From Salinispira sp. (lineage in GTDB: Bacteria > Spirochaetota > Spirochaetia > DSM-27196 > Salinispiraceae), in assembly GCA_965226555.1 (NCBI GenBank), contig CBDDDG010000021.1, positions 32,001-96,000 on the forward strand: DNA of 64,000 nucleotides, read 5' to 3'. The notes below the pieces were generated by a model, which was given only the letters and a program-made list of their open reading frames with translations, had not been told where the DNA came from and did no database searches. Made by a program: the position numbers and the translations under genes. This document shows positions 53,228 to 63,250 of this stretch, one piece after another (positions within the stretch are counted from its first letter, which is position 1; every line of letters starts with the position of its first letter).

Positions 53228-53430
53228 GCTAACCCCCCGCCCGTTTCGGCTTGCTGGGGCAAATTTGAGTTTCATTTCGCGGTCATTGTATGTGCCCGAT
53301 ATTCATCATGCCCCATAAATGTATTCAGCTAACCCCCCGCCCGTTTCGGCTTGCTGGGGCAAATTTGAGTTTCATTTCGCGGTCATTGTATGTGCCCGAT
53401 ATTCATCATGCCCCATAAATGTATTCAGCT
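53228..53430. repeat. Exact 100-bp tandem duplication at the gmrSD stop
   Basis: 53228-53327 equals 53328-53427; GCT junction microhomology. Confidence 0.9.
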
Positions 53431-55084
53431 TATCGGTAATAAGCTCGCGCCGTTTTGCCAAAAAATCATCGTACTTATCAAGAGTCCATAAGGCCGGATC
53501 AATAGGAATACATTGTTGGATTAAGGTTTCTTTTCCCTGCTTTTCAATAATGGTTTGTAAATAATCTGCTGGAATTGTATCGCTGATTTTTTTGTTTGTA
53601 CGCCCGCTGATAAAGCCAAGATTGGCAATGTCATTTATTTTTTCTTTGGCAACTTTATTTTTCAAAATACTTTGCGGGAAAATGTGATGAAATTGCAGTT
53701 TATGTTCAGCGCCGGAATGATTGAGGGAAATGCCCAATCTTGTGAACCAATCTTTTGCACCGCTCTCACGGAAAATGAGGAACATGGTTTTGAAATAAGC
53801 ACTTCTATTGTTTTTGCTCTCTAAATCAGAGGCAACTACCTCAAGGCGGCCGAATTGTGTACGAAGAAGCCCTATCATAGACGAAATATCTTTTCCTTTT
53901 CTAATAGCGCTCAAATCCTGATTAAGGTACGTTTCACTGGAACCGCGGGAATAACGTCCTTTTGCATTGGCAACTAAAAGCCAATATCGCAGGTTATCTC
54001 CCTGCTGTGGAATTAATGAAAACCTATTTTGTTGGGCAAAATACCCCAATGTAATAATTAAGGATGGGTTAGCCAGTAAAGCAGGGCTGTCAATACGCAC
54101 ATTACTTTTGAGAAAATTCAATGCAAAATTAAATCCCTCTTTTGATTTTTCCCAACCTTCCTCAAGCTGCTTTTTTGATAGGCTGGATACTGTTTTGAAT
54201 TGGGACTGACCAGTAGTAAAAGCAACAAGGTTTTTTATATAAATACCAATGGGGTAATCGAAGCCTGTGTCTTTACATTCTTTCTGAAATTTCTCAAAGA
54301 TTTTCAGAGAATTTGGCCACTTAGCGGTAATTTGCGCCAGTGCTAAATCAGAACCGCGCAGCTTTGCTCCGAGTGAGTTTACCCGGACAAAAATTTCCGT
54401 TACTTCCTCGTACGATTTGCTCCGTTCCAGTACATGCACATCGTACTCATATTTCTTAATATCACGCAACCGCTTAAGGCGATCTGCGTACTTTCTATAA
54501 CGGGGATCATTGAAATTCTCAATACCACATTTTTGCAGCAGTTCGATGTCATCGCCATTTTTAAATACTTCTTTTACTGACACCCAATGTGCAATGCTGG
54601 CAAGACGCGGAGTTTTCACTACAAACGCCATCTGTTCCATACGTTTAAGAACATCTTCCTCGCTGGCGTCGGCTTCGTCATCAAAATCAGAAATGGTTTC
54701 GTTTACTTCTGTCACCACTTTTAATTCATGTGGATGCTCAAGGTTAAACAAAATATCAATCGGATGCTTGAGGCATTTTACGTAAAGGGGTTCATCGCGC
54801 AAAATTGCGGAAAGCGAGGTAAGGCGTTGCTGACCGTCCAGCAATAGTTGAAATGTTCCGGCAGAGTTAGACTCCTGTGATATTGCAAAGTCGTGTGTGG
54901 TCACATCATCACCGGCCTCCCATGTAAGAATGGTACCGGAAGGATAGTTACGGTAAAGCGAATCCAGTAAGTCGCGTATACGTGTTTTCGGCCATACGTA
55001 GCGGCGCTGCATTTCAGGGAGCCTAATTTCTCCGCGTCTAATTTTGGACACTAACTCTTCAATATTACACGATTGTTTTCCCAT
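53372..55084 (-). CDS. GmrSD-family type IV restriction protein (DUF262 + DUF1524)
   Basis: PEMQRRYVW, LLDGQQRLTS, IFVRVNS, HHIFP...IANL..N. Confidence 0.9.
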   Translation of the reverse strand: MGKQSCNIEELVSKIRRGEIRLPEMQRRYVWPKTRIRDLLDSLYRNYPSGTILTWEAGDDVTTHDFAISQESNSAGTFQLLLDGQQRLTSLSAILRDEPLYVKCLKHPIDILFNLEHPHELKVVTEVNETISDFDDEADASEEDVLKRMEQMAFVVKTPRLASIAHWVSVKEVFKNGDDIELLQKCGIENFNDPRYRKYADRLKRLRDIKKYEYDVHVLERSKSYEEVTEIFVRVNSLGAKLRGSDLALAQITAKWPNSLKIFEKFQKECKDTGFDYPIGIYIKNLVAFTTGQSQFKTVSSLSKKQLEEGWEKSKEGFNFALNFLKSNVRIDSPALLANPSLIITLGYFAQQNRFSLIPQQGDNLRYWLLVANAKGRYSRGSSETYLNQDLSAIRKGKDISSMIGLLRTQFGRLEVVASDLESKNNRSAYFKTMFLIFRESGAKDWFTRLGISLNHSGAEHKLQFHHIFPQSILKNKVAKEKINDIANLGFISGRTNKKISDTIPADYLQTIIEKQGKETLIQQCIPIDPALWTLDKYDDFLAKRRELITDKLNTFMGHDEYRAHTMTAK

Positions 55085-55254
55085 AATTATTGACCATACA
55101 TAATTTTTCATATATTATCAATGGTGTAGGTCGTTCGGTTCCCAAGGCTGGGTTGCCCGAGACCTGCTTTTTTATACCTTTATAATACCTTTTGTCCTGT
55201 GGTTCCTGTTAGCCGGATACTCACCATGCCTGCCTGGAGGTGGAGCACAACTTC

Positions 55255-56705
55255 TCAATAGGCAATAATCTCATTATACCATGACGGAAACGCTACATCG
55301 TTCGTTTGTCCGCGACCCACCCTGGAAGCCCCAAACATAGTGGTGACCGTTACGGTATATTTGTTATTTACCTTCGTCCAATGTTCCTTCCATTCCTCAA
55401 GATCGAGATTGAATGCGCTTGCGTCATTGAACATACCTGACATATCCGTTACCGATCTGACATCCCATCCGGAAATATCGCCATTGAATGCGCTTGCGCC
55501 AAAGAACATATAGCGCATAGTCGTTACCGAACTGACATCCCAGTCGGAGATATTGCCATTGAATGAATCTTTGTTAAGGAAAATATAGGACATATCCGTT
55601 ACTGCCGCGGTAATAATGTAGTTGAGATTGCCAGTATTGCCCCATGTTGATATCCCCGTAGTTACCGCTGCGCTCAGTTCAGCGTTAGATGTTGGACTCA
55701 CGGTAACAGAGAAATACTCTGCAAAGAGTATGTCTCCGCTTTCTGTTTCACCATATACCACATATGTTCCTGCCGTTGTACTCGCGGTAACCGTAACAAT
55801 TCCGGTACTCGCATTAACTGTCGGAATGGTGACTCCTACGGGTGCAGTTGCGGGGGTTACCTTCAGGTCTCCTCCATCAAAATCGAGAGTGCCCGATTCC
55901 ACCGTGGTCAAAGAAACGCTGAGGTTCAGGTTCTCATTGGCAATACCGGCAGTAACAATGGCATTATCGGCAGCCAAAAGGCTTATAGAATTTTCCGTAC
56001 CCGAAGGAGTCTGTGTCGGAGGAAATGATGGCAGCGGTTCCGTTACGGGTGCAGACCAGGGTCCAGCACCCTCCGCGTTGATGGCGCGCATCTGCACGTG
56101 GTAGAGAGCGCCGTTTCTCAGGCCGGTAATGGTGTGGTCTGTTCCGGTGATGCCGGAAGCATATGTCCATGCTCCGCCGCCTTCGCGATATATCAGCTCA
56201 TACCCGGTAATGGCACTGCCGTTATCATCCGGTTCAGCCCATCTCGCAACGATCCGCCCAGTGCCCGCATAAAGGGTTGGGGCAGCCGGCGCGTCAGGAA
56301 CGGTGGCGGGGGGAGTTGCAGCGGCAGGGAGAGTTTCAACGGCAGATTCCGACCATGGCCCAGCGCCGACTGCATTGACGGCGCGCGCCTGTACGTGGTA
56401 CTCGGCTGCGTTTGTCAGGCCGGTAATGGTGTAGTTTGCGGCTGGCGCGGCGAGTGCAATTATCGCCGACCACGTGGTACCGCCGTCCGCGCTATGGTGA
56501 AGGTGGTATGTGGTAATTTCACTGCCGCCGTTGTTCGGAGCAGTCCATGTAGCAATGAGTCGCTCATTCCCCGCTTCAAGGTTTGGGGCACCTATTTTGC
56601 CCGGAGGGGTTGCCGCTGGTTCCGGCATGGGACATCCCGCCATCAATACAATAAAAATTGTGCAGAATGCGAAGAGAGTTACCCCCCCCTAAATTTGATC
56701 CTCAT
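55255..56705 (-). pseudogene. Lipoprotein with two FN3 domains and BspA/DUF285 repeats; signal peptide frameshifted at a G8 tract
   Basis: FNGNISDWDVSSVTTMRYMF repeats; ATG at 56705 reads MRIKFRGG*, one extra G restores ...VTLFAFCTIFIVLMAGC. Confidence 0.8.
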
Positions 56706-56778
56706 ACATTACCTTCATAAGGTTTCATTACAGTATAGGGGAAGCTCTGGTACTTGACCAGCTCCGTGCCTGCCGGAG

Positions 56779-59712
56779 CTAATGATCGTCCATGGCAAAC
56801 ACGCTGACACCGTCATCGACGACTCCCGTGACAAACAGATATGTAACGCTGCCGATGACGGCAGTCGTCAGCGCGTTGGAGCCGTTAAGATGCAGGGTGG
56901 AAGTGTCAGCAATATTATCGACATTTGTGAGTGTTCCTTCGGCGTTTACCCTGAACATACTGATTCCATTATCCAATAATCCTACGACAAACAGATAGGT
57001 AATGCCGTTGATTACAGCAGTCGTTATGTCGCTGGCAGTGCGAAGATGCAGGGTGGCATTGTCGGTTTTGTTGTCAGTATTCTTGAGGAATCCGGTATTG
57101 CTTATTAAAAACACGCTGACACCGTTGTCGAAGTATCCGGTGACAAACAGATAAACGGCGTCATTAATGGCAGCAGTCGCCAGACCCCATGCTCCATCAA
57201 GTTTCCGTAAGAAAGTGTCATAGACATAGTGCTTATATTCAAGTGTTCCCGCATTGTCTGCCGAAAACATGGTGACAGCGTCTTCGGTGAATGACGCGGC
57301 AAACAGCAAGGCAGTCCCTCCAATTTCGACAGCCGTCAGTCCCTTGGGCGCGGCAAGCTTCAGAAAGGACGTATCAGGTTCATTGTCGACATTTGTGAGT
57401 GTCCCGTTGCTGTTGACCCGAAACACACTAATGCCGTAATCACTGCTTCCGGCGGCAAACAGATACGTAGCGTTTCCAATGACAGCGGTCGTCAAAGTGC
57501 TGCGGTCAAGAAACAGGTTGTCCGTATCAGGTTCATTGTCGACATTTGTAAGTGTTCCGCCGCTGTTGACTCGAAACACACTAATGCCGTTATCAATGGC
57601 TCCGGCGACAAACAGATAAACTGCGTTTCCAACTTCAGCGGTTGTTACATCGCTGGCTCCTTCAAGAAACAGGTCGCCCGTATCAGGTTCATTGTCGACA
57701 TTTGTGAGTGTTCCGCCGCTGTTGACCCGAAACACACTGACACCGTTAGAAGTGTATCCGGTAACAAACAAATAAACGGCGCCGCCGACTTCGGCAGTTG
57801 CTACACTGCTGACGTCATCAAGATTCAGGTTTCCGCTATTGCCGATGTTTGCGGTGTTATTGCTGAATCTGGTGGTTGGAGTGCCAGTGGAAGATTCCGA
57901 CCATGCGCCCGCGCCCTGCGCGTTGACGGCGCGCACCTGCATAGGGTAGGGGAGTCCGCTAATGAGTCCTCTAATGGTGTGGCTTGTGCCGGTAATGCCG
58001 GAGGCGATCTGCGTCCAGTCTCCGTTGTCTTCGCGATATTGCAGGTTATACGCGCTAATTGCGCTGCCGCCGTTGTCGGCGGGGGCTGTCCATGTAACAG
58101 TGAGTGAGCCCCTTCCCGCGGTGAGTGTTGGAGGGTTAGGAGCGGCAGGAACGGTAATGGGGGTTGCGGTGGAAGGCTCCGACCACGCGCTTTCGCCCAG
58201 CGCGTTGACGGCGCGCACCTGCGCCTCGTAGACCCTGCCGTTTGCCAGCCCGGTAATGACGCGGTTCATGGAAGTGCCAAGGCCAGACGCAATAGTAATG
58301 TTCTTCCAGATTCCGCTGCCGTTCTCGCTATAGCGCAGGTAATACGCGCTAATTGCGTTGCCGCCGTCATCGGGCGCTGTCCATGTTGCGGTAAATGAAC
58401 TGTTACCCACTTCGAGGACGGGAGCCTTCGGCGCGGCGGGAACGGTGGCAGGGGCGGCGGTGGAAGGCTCCGACCACGCGCCTTCGCCCCGCGCGTTAAT
58501 TGCGCGCACCTGCGCCTCGTAGACCCTGCCGTTTGCCAGCCCGGTAATGACGCGGTTCATGGAAGTGCCAAGGCCAGACGCAATAGTAATGTTCTTCCAG
58601 ATTCCGCTGCCGTTCTCGCTATAGCGCAGGTAATACGCGCTAATTGCGTTGCCGCCGTCATCGGGCGCTGTCCATGTTGCGGTAAATGAACTGTTACCCA
58701 CTTTGAGGACAGGAGCCTTCGGCGCGGCGGGAACGGTGGAGGGGGTGGCGGTGGAAGGCTCCGACCACGCGCCTTCGCCCCGCGCGTTAATTGCGCGCAC
58801 CTGCGCCTCGTAGACCCTGCCGTTTGCCAGCCCGGTAATGACGTGGTTCATGGAAGTGCCAAGGCCAGACGCAATAGTAATGTTCTTCCAGATTCCGCTG
58901 CCGTCCTCGCTATAGCGCAGGTAATACGCGCTAATTGCGCTGCTGCCGCTGTCGGTCGGCGCAGTCCATGACATGGTGAGCGAAGCGTCTCCCACTTCGA
59001 GCCTCAGATCGGTCGGCGCGGCAGGGAGAGTGGGATCGGGGGCAGCGGTGGAAGGCTCCGACCACGCGCCTTCGCCCCGCGCGTTAATTGCGCGCACCTG
59101 CACGGCATAACTGATGCCGTTTGCCAGCCTGGTAATGACGCGGTTCATGGAAGTGCCAAGGCCAGACGCAATAGTAATGTTCTTCCAAATTCCGCTGCCG
59201 TCTTCGCCATGGCGGAGGTTATACGCGCTAATTGCGCTACCGCCGTTATCGGGCGCTGTCCATGTTGCAATGAGTTGCCCATTTTCCGCTTCAAGGGTTG
59301 GGGCAGCCGGCGCGGCAGGAACGGTAATAGGGCTTGCCGTGGAAGATGTCGACCAGCCACCAGTGCGCTGCGCGTTGGCGGCGCGCACCTGCACGGCATA
59401 ACTGATGCCGTTTGTCAGCTCGGTAATGGTATGGCTTGTGCCGGTAATACCGGAGTTAATCTCTATCCAGTTTTCACTGCTCATGTGACGATAGCGCAGG
59501 TTATATTCAGTAACATCGTTTCCCGCGTTGTTGCTCCTCCAATTCCATGTAGCAGGATCAATCCACGAAGCAGTAAGTTGTCCGTTCCCTGCTGCGAGAG
59601 TCGGAGCAAACATGGCAGGCGGCGCAGTGAGCATTGGACATCCGGCAATCAATGCAATGGATATTGAGCAGAAAATGAAAAGGGTCATTCTTTTGTATGA
59701 CGTAATTCTCAT
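56779..59712 (-). CDS. Surface lipoprotein: six FN3 domains plus a seven-repeat beta-propeller-like domain
   Basis: Lipobox LIAGC; WTAP..GG.AI..Y...VQVRA.NA.G.G.WS x6; YLFV.G....GVSVF-type repeats x7. Confidence 0.88.
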   Translation of the reverse strand: MRITSYKRMTLFIFCSISIALIAGCPMLTAPPAMFAPTLAAGNGQLTASWIDPATWNWRSNNAGNDVTEYNLRYRHMSSENWIEINSGITGTSHTITELTNGISYAVQVRAANAQRTGGWSTSSTASPITVPAAPAAPTLEAENGQLIATWTAPDNGGSAISAYNLRHGEDGSGIWKNITIASGLGTSMNRVITRLANGISYAVQVRAINARGEGAWSEPSTAAPDPTLPAAPTDLRLEVGDASLTMSWTAPTDSGSSAISAYYLRYSEDGSGIWKNITIASGLGTSMNHVITGLANGRVYEAQVRAINARGEGAWSEPSTATPSTVPAAPKAPVLKVGNSSFTATWTAPDDGGNAISAYYLRYSENGSGIWKNITIASGLGTSMNRVITGLANGRVYEAQVRAINARGEGAWSEPSTAAPATVPAAPKAPVLEVGNSSFTATWTAPDDGGNAISAYYLRYSENGSGIWKNITIASGLGTSMNRVITGLANGRVYEAQVRAVNALGESAWSEPSTATPITVPAAPNPPTLTAGRGSLTVTWTAPADNGGSAISAYNLQYREDNGDWTQIASGITGTSHTIRGLISGLPYPMQVRAVNAQGAGAWSESSTGTPTTRFSNNTANIGNSGNLNLDDVSSVATAEVGGAVYLFVTGYTSNGVSVFRVNSGGTLTNVDNEPDTGDLFLEGASDVTTAEVGNAVYLFVAGAIDNGISVFRVNSGGTLTNVDNEPDTDNLFLDRSTLTTAVIGNATYLFAAGSSDYGISVFRVNSNGTLTNVDNEPDTSFLKLAAPKGLTAVEIGGTALLFAASFTEDAVTMFSADNAGTLEYKHYVYDTFLRKLDGAWGLATAAINDAVYLFVTGYFDNGVSVFLISNTGFLKNTDNKTDNATLHLRTASDITTAVINGITYLFVVGLLDNGISMFRVNAEGTLTNVDNIADTSTLHLNGSNALTTAVIGSVTYLFVTGVVDDGVSVFAMDDH
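58170..59250 (-). repeat. Near-identical 291/297-bp FN3-coding tandem repeats
   Basis: GCGCACC anchors at 58213, 58504, 58795, 59092. Confidence 0.85.
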
Positions 59713-59766
59713 AATGTTACTTTCTCAAGGTAATATATGGGCTCTTAAACCTTTGGACTGCCCCTG

Positions 59767-61137
59767 TTATGGTCGCGCGCGGGTGCTTAGGTTCCAAGCA
59801 TAAATGGTGTTGTCTTCGTCATCCATTATCCACATTGTTTCTCCATCGGACCAGATACCTTCGGGGCTGCTGTTTCCAGCACTCGCAAGTGCGGTGACAG
59901 TGAAATCTTTTGAGGAATCTCGCTCTTTGTTCGTCATGTTGTAGGCATAAATTTTCTTGTCGGAGTAATCGGATACCCACATTGTTTCACCATTCGACCA
60001 GATGCCTGCGGGGTTTTTATTTCCTGCGCCGTCAAGCGCGGTGAAATCTTTTGAGGAATCTCGCTCTTTGTCCGTCATGTTGTAGGCATAGATTTTGTTG
60101 CGGAAATCATCTGCCACCCACATTGTTGTGCCATTTGACCAGATGCCGTAGGGGGTCTTATTTTCTGCATCGAGCGTGAAGTCTTTGTCCGGCTCGCGGG
60201 ATTTATCATCCATTTTATAGGCATAGAGTTTGTCATCTTGTGAATCGGTCACCCACATTGTTGTGCCATTTGACCAGATACCTGCGGGGTTCTCATTCCC
60301 TGCGTCAGCAAGCGTGGTGAATTTTTTGGACGTCTGGAGGGTATTCTGATAATGCATGCTGAAGGCATTTATTGTGGTATTAGTAAAAATTGTTATCCAC
60401 ATTGTGTCTCCATCGGACCATATGCCTCTCTGAATTGAGGAAGAGCCGACATCAATGAAGTCGTCTATGTGATAACCTGAAGCATCGTAGCCTTCGGGGT
60501 TGTAGTGTGTGCCGGTGTCGCGGTGAATGCGGGCGGAGTTAAAGCCGGCTGCGTTATAGCCGTCAGGGTTATATTGTGAGTTGCTGTCCTTGTGAATGCC
60601 GCCGACGTTAAAGCCTGCGAGGTTGTATGGTAAGCCGGTGTCCTTGTGAATGCCGTCAGCGGTAAAGCCGTTTTTGTCGTAGCCTTCGGCGTTATAGCCG
60701 TTTTCGTTATAGCCTTCGGCGTTATAGCCGTTTTCGTTATAGCCTTCGGCGTTAAAACCGTTTTCGTTATAACCTTCAGCGTTATAGCCGTTTGAGTCGT
60801 ACCCTTCGGCGTTAAAGCCGTTTGAGTCGTACCCTTCAGCGTTAAAGCCGTTTTTGTCGTACCCTTCGGCGTTATAGCCGTTTTTGTCATACCCTTCGGC
60901 GTTATAGCCGTTTTCGTCATAACCTTCGGCGTTATAGCCGTTTATGTCATAGCCATTCGGGTCGTATTGCGTTTCAGTCTCGCGATGAATGCCGGCGTCA
61001 TTAAATCCTCTCGCATCATACATTTCACAGGCCGTGAGAATGATCATCAGTGCAAAAATGAAAAAGACACATCGCAATACATGCGGGCTGAGAAAACATT
61101 TTCTGTTTTCTTTTCGTTCAAGGTTTAAACCTTTCAT
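59767..61137 (-). CDS. Lipoprotein with G(Y/F)(D/N)xx pentapeptide repeats and a GIWS(D/N)G.TMW propeller-like domain
   Basis: Lipobox LTAC; about 20 consecutive pentapeptides; five GIWS repeats. Confidence 0.85.
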   Translation of the reverse strand: MKGLNLERKENRKCFLSPHVLRCVFFIFALMIILTACEMYDARGFNDAGIHRETETQYDPNGYDINGYNAEGYDENGYNAEGYDKNGYNAEGYDKNGFNAEGYDSNGFNAEGYDSNGYNAEGYNENGFNAEGYNENGYNAEGYNENGYNAEGYDKNGFTADGIHKDTGLPYNLAGFNVGGIHKDSNSQYNPDGYNAAGFNSARIHRDTGTHYNPEGYDASGYHIDDFIDVGSSSIQRGIWSDGDTMWITIFTNTTINAFSMHYQNTLQTSKKFTTLADAGNENPAGIWSNGTTMWVTDSQDDKLYAYKMDDKSREPDKDFTLDAENKTPYGIWSNGTTMWVADDFRNKIYAYNMTDKERDSSKDFTALDGAGNKNPAGIWSNGETMWVSDYSDKKIYAYNMTNKERDSSKDFTVTALASAGNSSPEGIWSDGETMWIMDDEDNTIYAWNLSTRARP

Positions 61138-61312
61138 ACATTACCTCCATAAGGTTTCATTACAGGGAAGCTCTGGAAACATGGGTATTTCACACTGCTA
61201 TCGCGGAAATAGCGTTTTTTAAGCTCCACTGTGCTATAGTATAGTCAAAAAATTCGTTTGTGTCAAGCACATTTTCGAATTTCTGTGGGATATAAACCTT
61301 TGGACTGCCCTG

Positions 61313-63223
61313 TTATGGTCGCTCGCGGGCGCTCAGGTTCCAAGCATAGATGGTGTTGTCCTCATCATCTACTATCCACATTGTTTCTCCATCGGACCAG
61401 ATACCTTCGGGGCTGCTGTTTCCAGCATTCGCAAGTACGGAGGCAGCGAAATCTTTTGAGGAATCGCGCGCCCTGCTTGTCATGTTATAGGCATAAATTT
61501 TATTGTCGGAGTAATCGGATACCCACATTGTTTCGCCATTCGACCAGATGCCTGCGGGGTTTTTATTTCCTGCGCCAGCAAGCGTGGTGAAATCTCTTGA
61601 GGAATCGCGCTCCCTGCTCGTCATGTTGTAGGCATAGATTTTGTTGCGGAAATCATCTGCCACCCACATTGTTGTGCCATTTGACCATAGTCCGTAGGGG
61701 ATCTTGTTTTCTGCATCGAGCGTGAAGTCTTTGTCCGGCTCGCGGGACTTATCATCCATTTTATAGGCATAGAGTTTGTCATCTTCTGAATCGGTCACCC
61801 ACATTGTTGTGCCATTTGACCAGATACCTGCGGGGTTCTCATTCCCTGCGTCAGCAAGCGTGGTGAATTTTTTTGACGCTTGGAGGGCATTTTGATAATG
61901 CATGCTGAAGGCATTTATTGTGGTATTAGTAAAAATTGTTATCCACATTGTGTCTCCATCGGACCATATGCCTCTCTGAATTGAGGAAGATCCGACATCG
62001 ATGAAATCATCTGTGTGATAACCTGAAGCATCGTAGCCTTCCGGGTTGTATTGTGTGCCGGTGTCGCGGTGAATGCCGCCGGAGGTAAAGCCGGCTGCGT
62101 TATAGCCGTCTTTGTTGTAGCCTGCGAGGTTGTATTGTGTGCCGGTGTCGCGGTGAATGCCGCCGGAGGTAAAGCCGTTTGCGTCATAGTCATCAGCGTT
62201 ATAGCCGTTTGCATCGTAACCTTCGGCGTTAAAACCGTTTGAGTCATAGCCGTTTGCATCGTAACCTTCGGCGTTAAAGCCGTTTGAGTCATAGCCGTTT
62301 GCATCGTAACCTTCGGCGTTAAAACCGTTTGAGTCATAGCCGTTTGCGTCGTAACCTTCGGCGTTAAAACCGTTTGCGTCATAGCCGTTTGCGTCGTAAC
62401 CTTCGGCGTTAAAACCGTTTGAGTCATAGCCGTTTGCGTCGTAACCTTCGGAGTTAAAGCCGTTTGCGTCATAGCCGTTTGCGTCGTAACCTTCGGAGTT
62501 AAAGCCGTTTGAGTCATAGCCGTTTGCATCGTAACCTTCGGCGTTAAAACCGTTTGAGTCATAGCCGTTTGCGTCGTAACCTTCGGCGTTAAAACCGTTT
62601 GCGTCATAGCCGTTTGCGTCGTAACCTTCGGCGTTAAAACCGTTTGAGTCATAGCCGTTTGCGTCGTAACCTTCGGAGTTAAAGCCGTTTGCGTCATAGC
62701 CGTTTGCGTCGTAACCTTCGGAGTTAAAGCCCTTTGAGTCGTAACCTTCGGCGTTAAAGCCCTTTGAGTCGTAACCTTCGGCGTTAAAGCCGTTTGAGTC
62801 GTAACCTTCGGCGTTAAAGCCCTTTGAGTCGTAACCTTCGGCGTTAAAGCCGTTTGAGTCGTAACCTTCGGCGTCAAAGCCGTTTTCGTCATAACCGTTA
62901 ATATCATAACCTTCCGGGTTATAAATTGTGTCGGTGTCGCGGTGCCGAGCTTCGGCGTTAAAGCCGTTTGAGTCGTAACCTTCGGCGTCAAAGCCGTTTT
63001 TGTCATAACCGTCTTTGTCATAACCGTTAATATCATAACCTTCAGGGTCATAAATTGTGCCGGTGTCGCAGTGAATGCCAACGTCATTAAAACCTCTCCC
63101 ATCATGCATTTCGCAGGCGGTGAGAATGAGTATCAGAGTAAAAATGAAAAAGACCCCTCGCAACAGATGAGGGCTGAGAAAACGTTTCTTGTTTTCTTTT
63201 CGTTCAAGGTCTAAAATTTTCAT
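61313..63223 (-). CDS. Paralog of 59767-61137 with an expanded pentapeptide array
   Basis: Lipobox LTAC; about 50 consecutive pentapeptides; near-identical C-terminal domain. Confidence 0.85.
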   Translation of the reverse strand: MKILDLERKENKKRFLSPHLLRGVFFIFTLILILTACEMHDGRGFNDVGIHCDTGTIYDPEGYDINGYDKDGYDKNGFDAEGYDSNGFNAEARHRDTDTIYNPEGYDINGYDENGFDAEGYDSNGFNAEGYDSKGFNAEGYDSNGFNAEGYDSKGFNAEGYDSKGFNSEGYDANGYDANGFNSEGYDANGYDSNGFNAEGYDANGYDANGFNAEGYDANGYDSNGFNAEGYDANGYDSNGFNSEGYDANGYDANGFNSEGYDANGYDSNGFNAEGYDANGYDANGFNAEGYDANGYDSNGFNAEGYDANGYDSNGFNAEGYDANGYDSNGFNAEGYDANGYNADDYDANGFTSGGIHRDTGTQYNLAGYNKDGYNAAGFTSGGIHRDTGTQYNPEGYDASGYHTDDFIDVGSSSIQRGIWSDGDTMWITIFTNTTINAFSMHYQNALQASKKFTTLADAGNENPAGIWSNGTTMWVTDSEDDKLYAYKMDDKSREPDKDFTLDAENKIPYGLWSNGTTMWVADDFRNKIYAYNMTSRERDSSRDFTTLAGAGNKNPAGIWSNGETMWVSDYSDNKIYAYNMTSRARDSSKDFAASVLANAGNSSPEGIWSDGETMWIVDDEDNTIYAWNLSARERP

Positions 63224-63250
63224 ACATTATCTCCGTAAGGTTTCATTACA

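Noticed and set aside
59767..62040. Near-identical 3' regions of two lipoprotein genes as a DGR template/variable repeat pair
   Set aside because: Differences are not adenine-specific, both copies are coding, and no reverse transcriptase is present
60650..63050. Repeat arrays as CRISPR
   Set aside because: Contiguous coding repeats with no unique spacers and no cas genes
61939..63105. 388-aa Thr-rich alternative-frame ORF (also 60465-60920)
   Set aside because: Shadow frame of the 15-nt repeat; the main frame carries the lipobox, RBS and C-terminal domain
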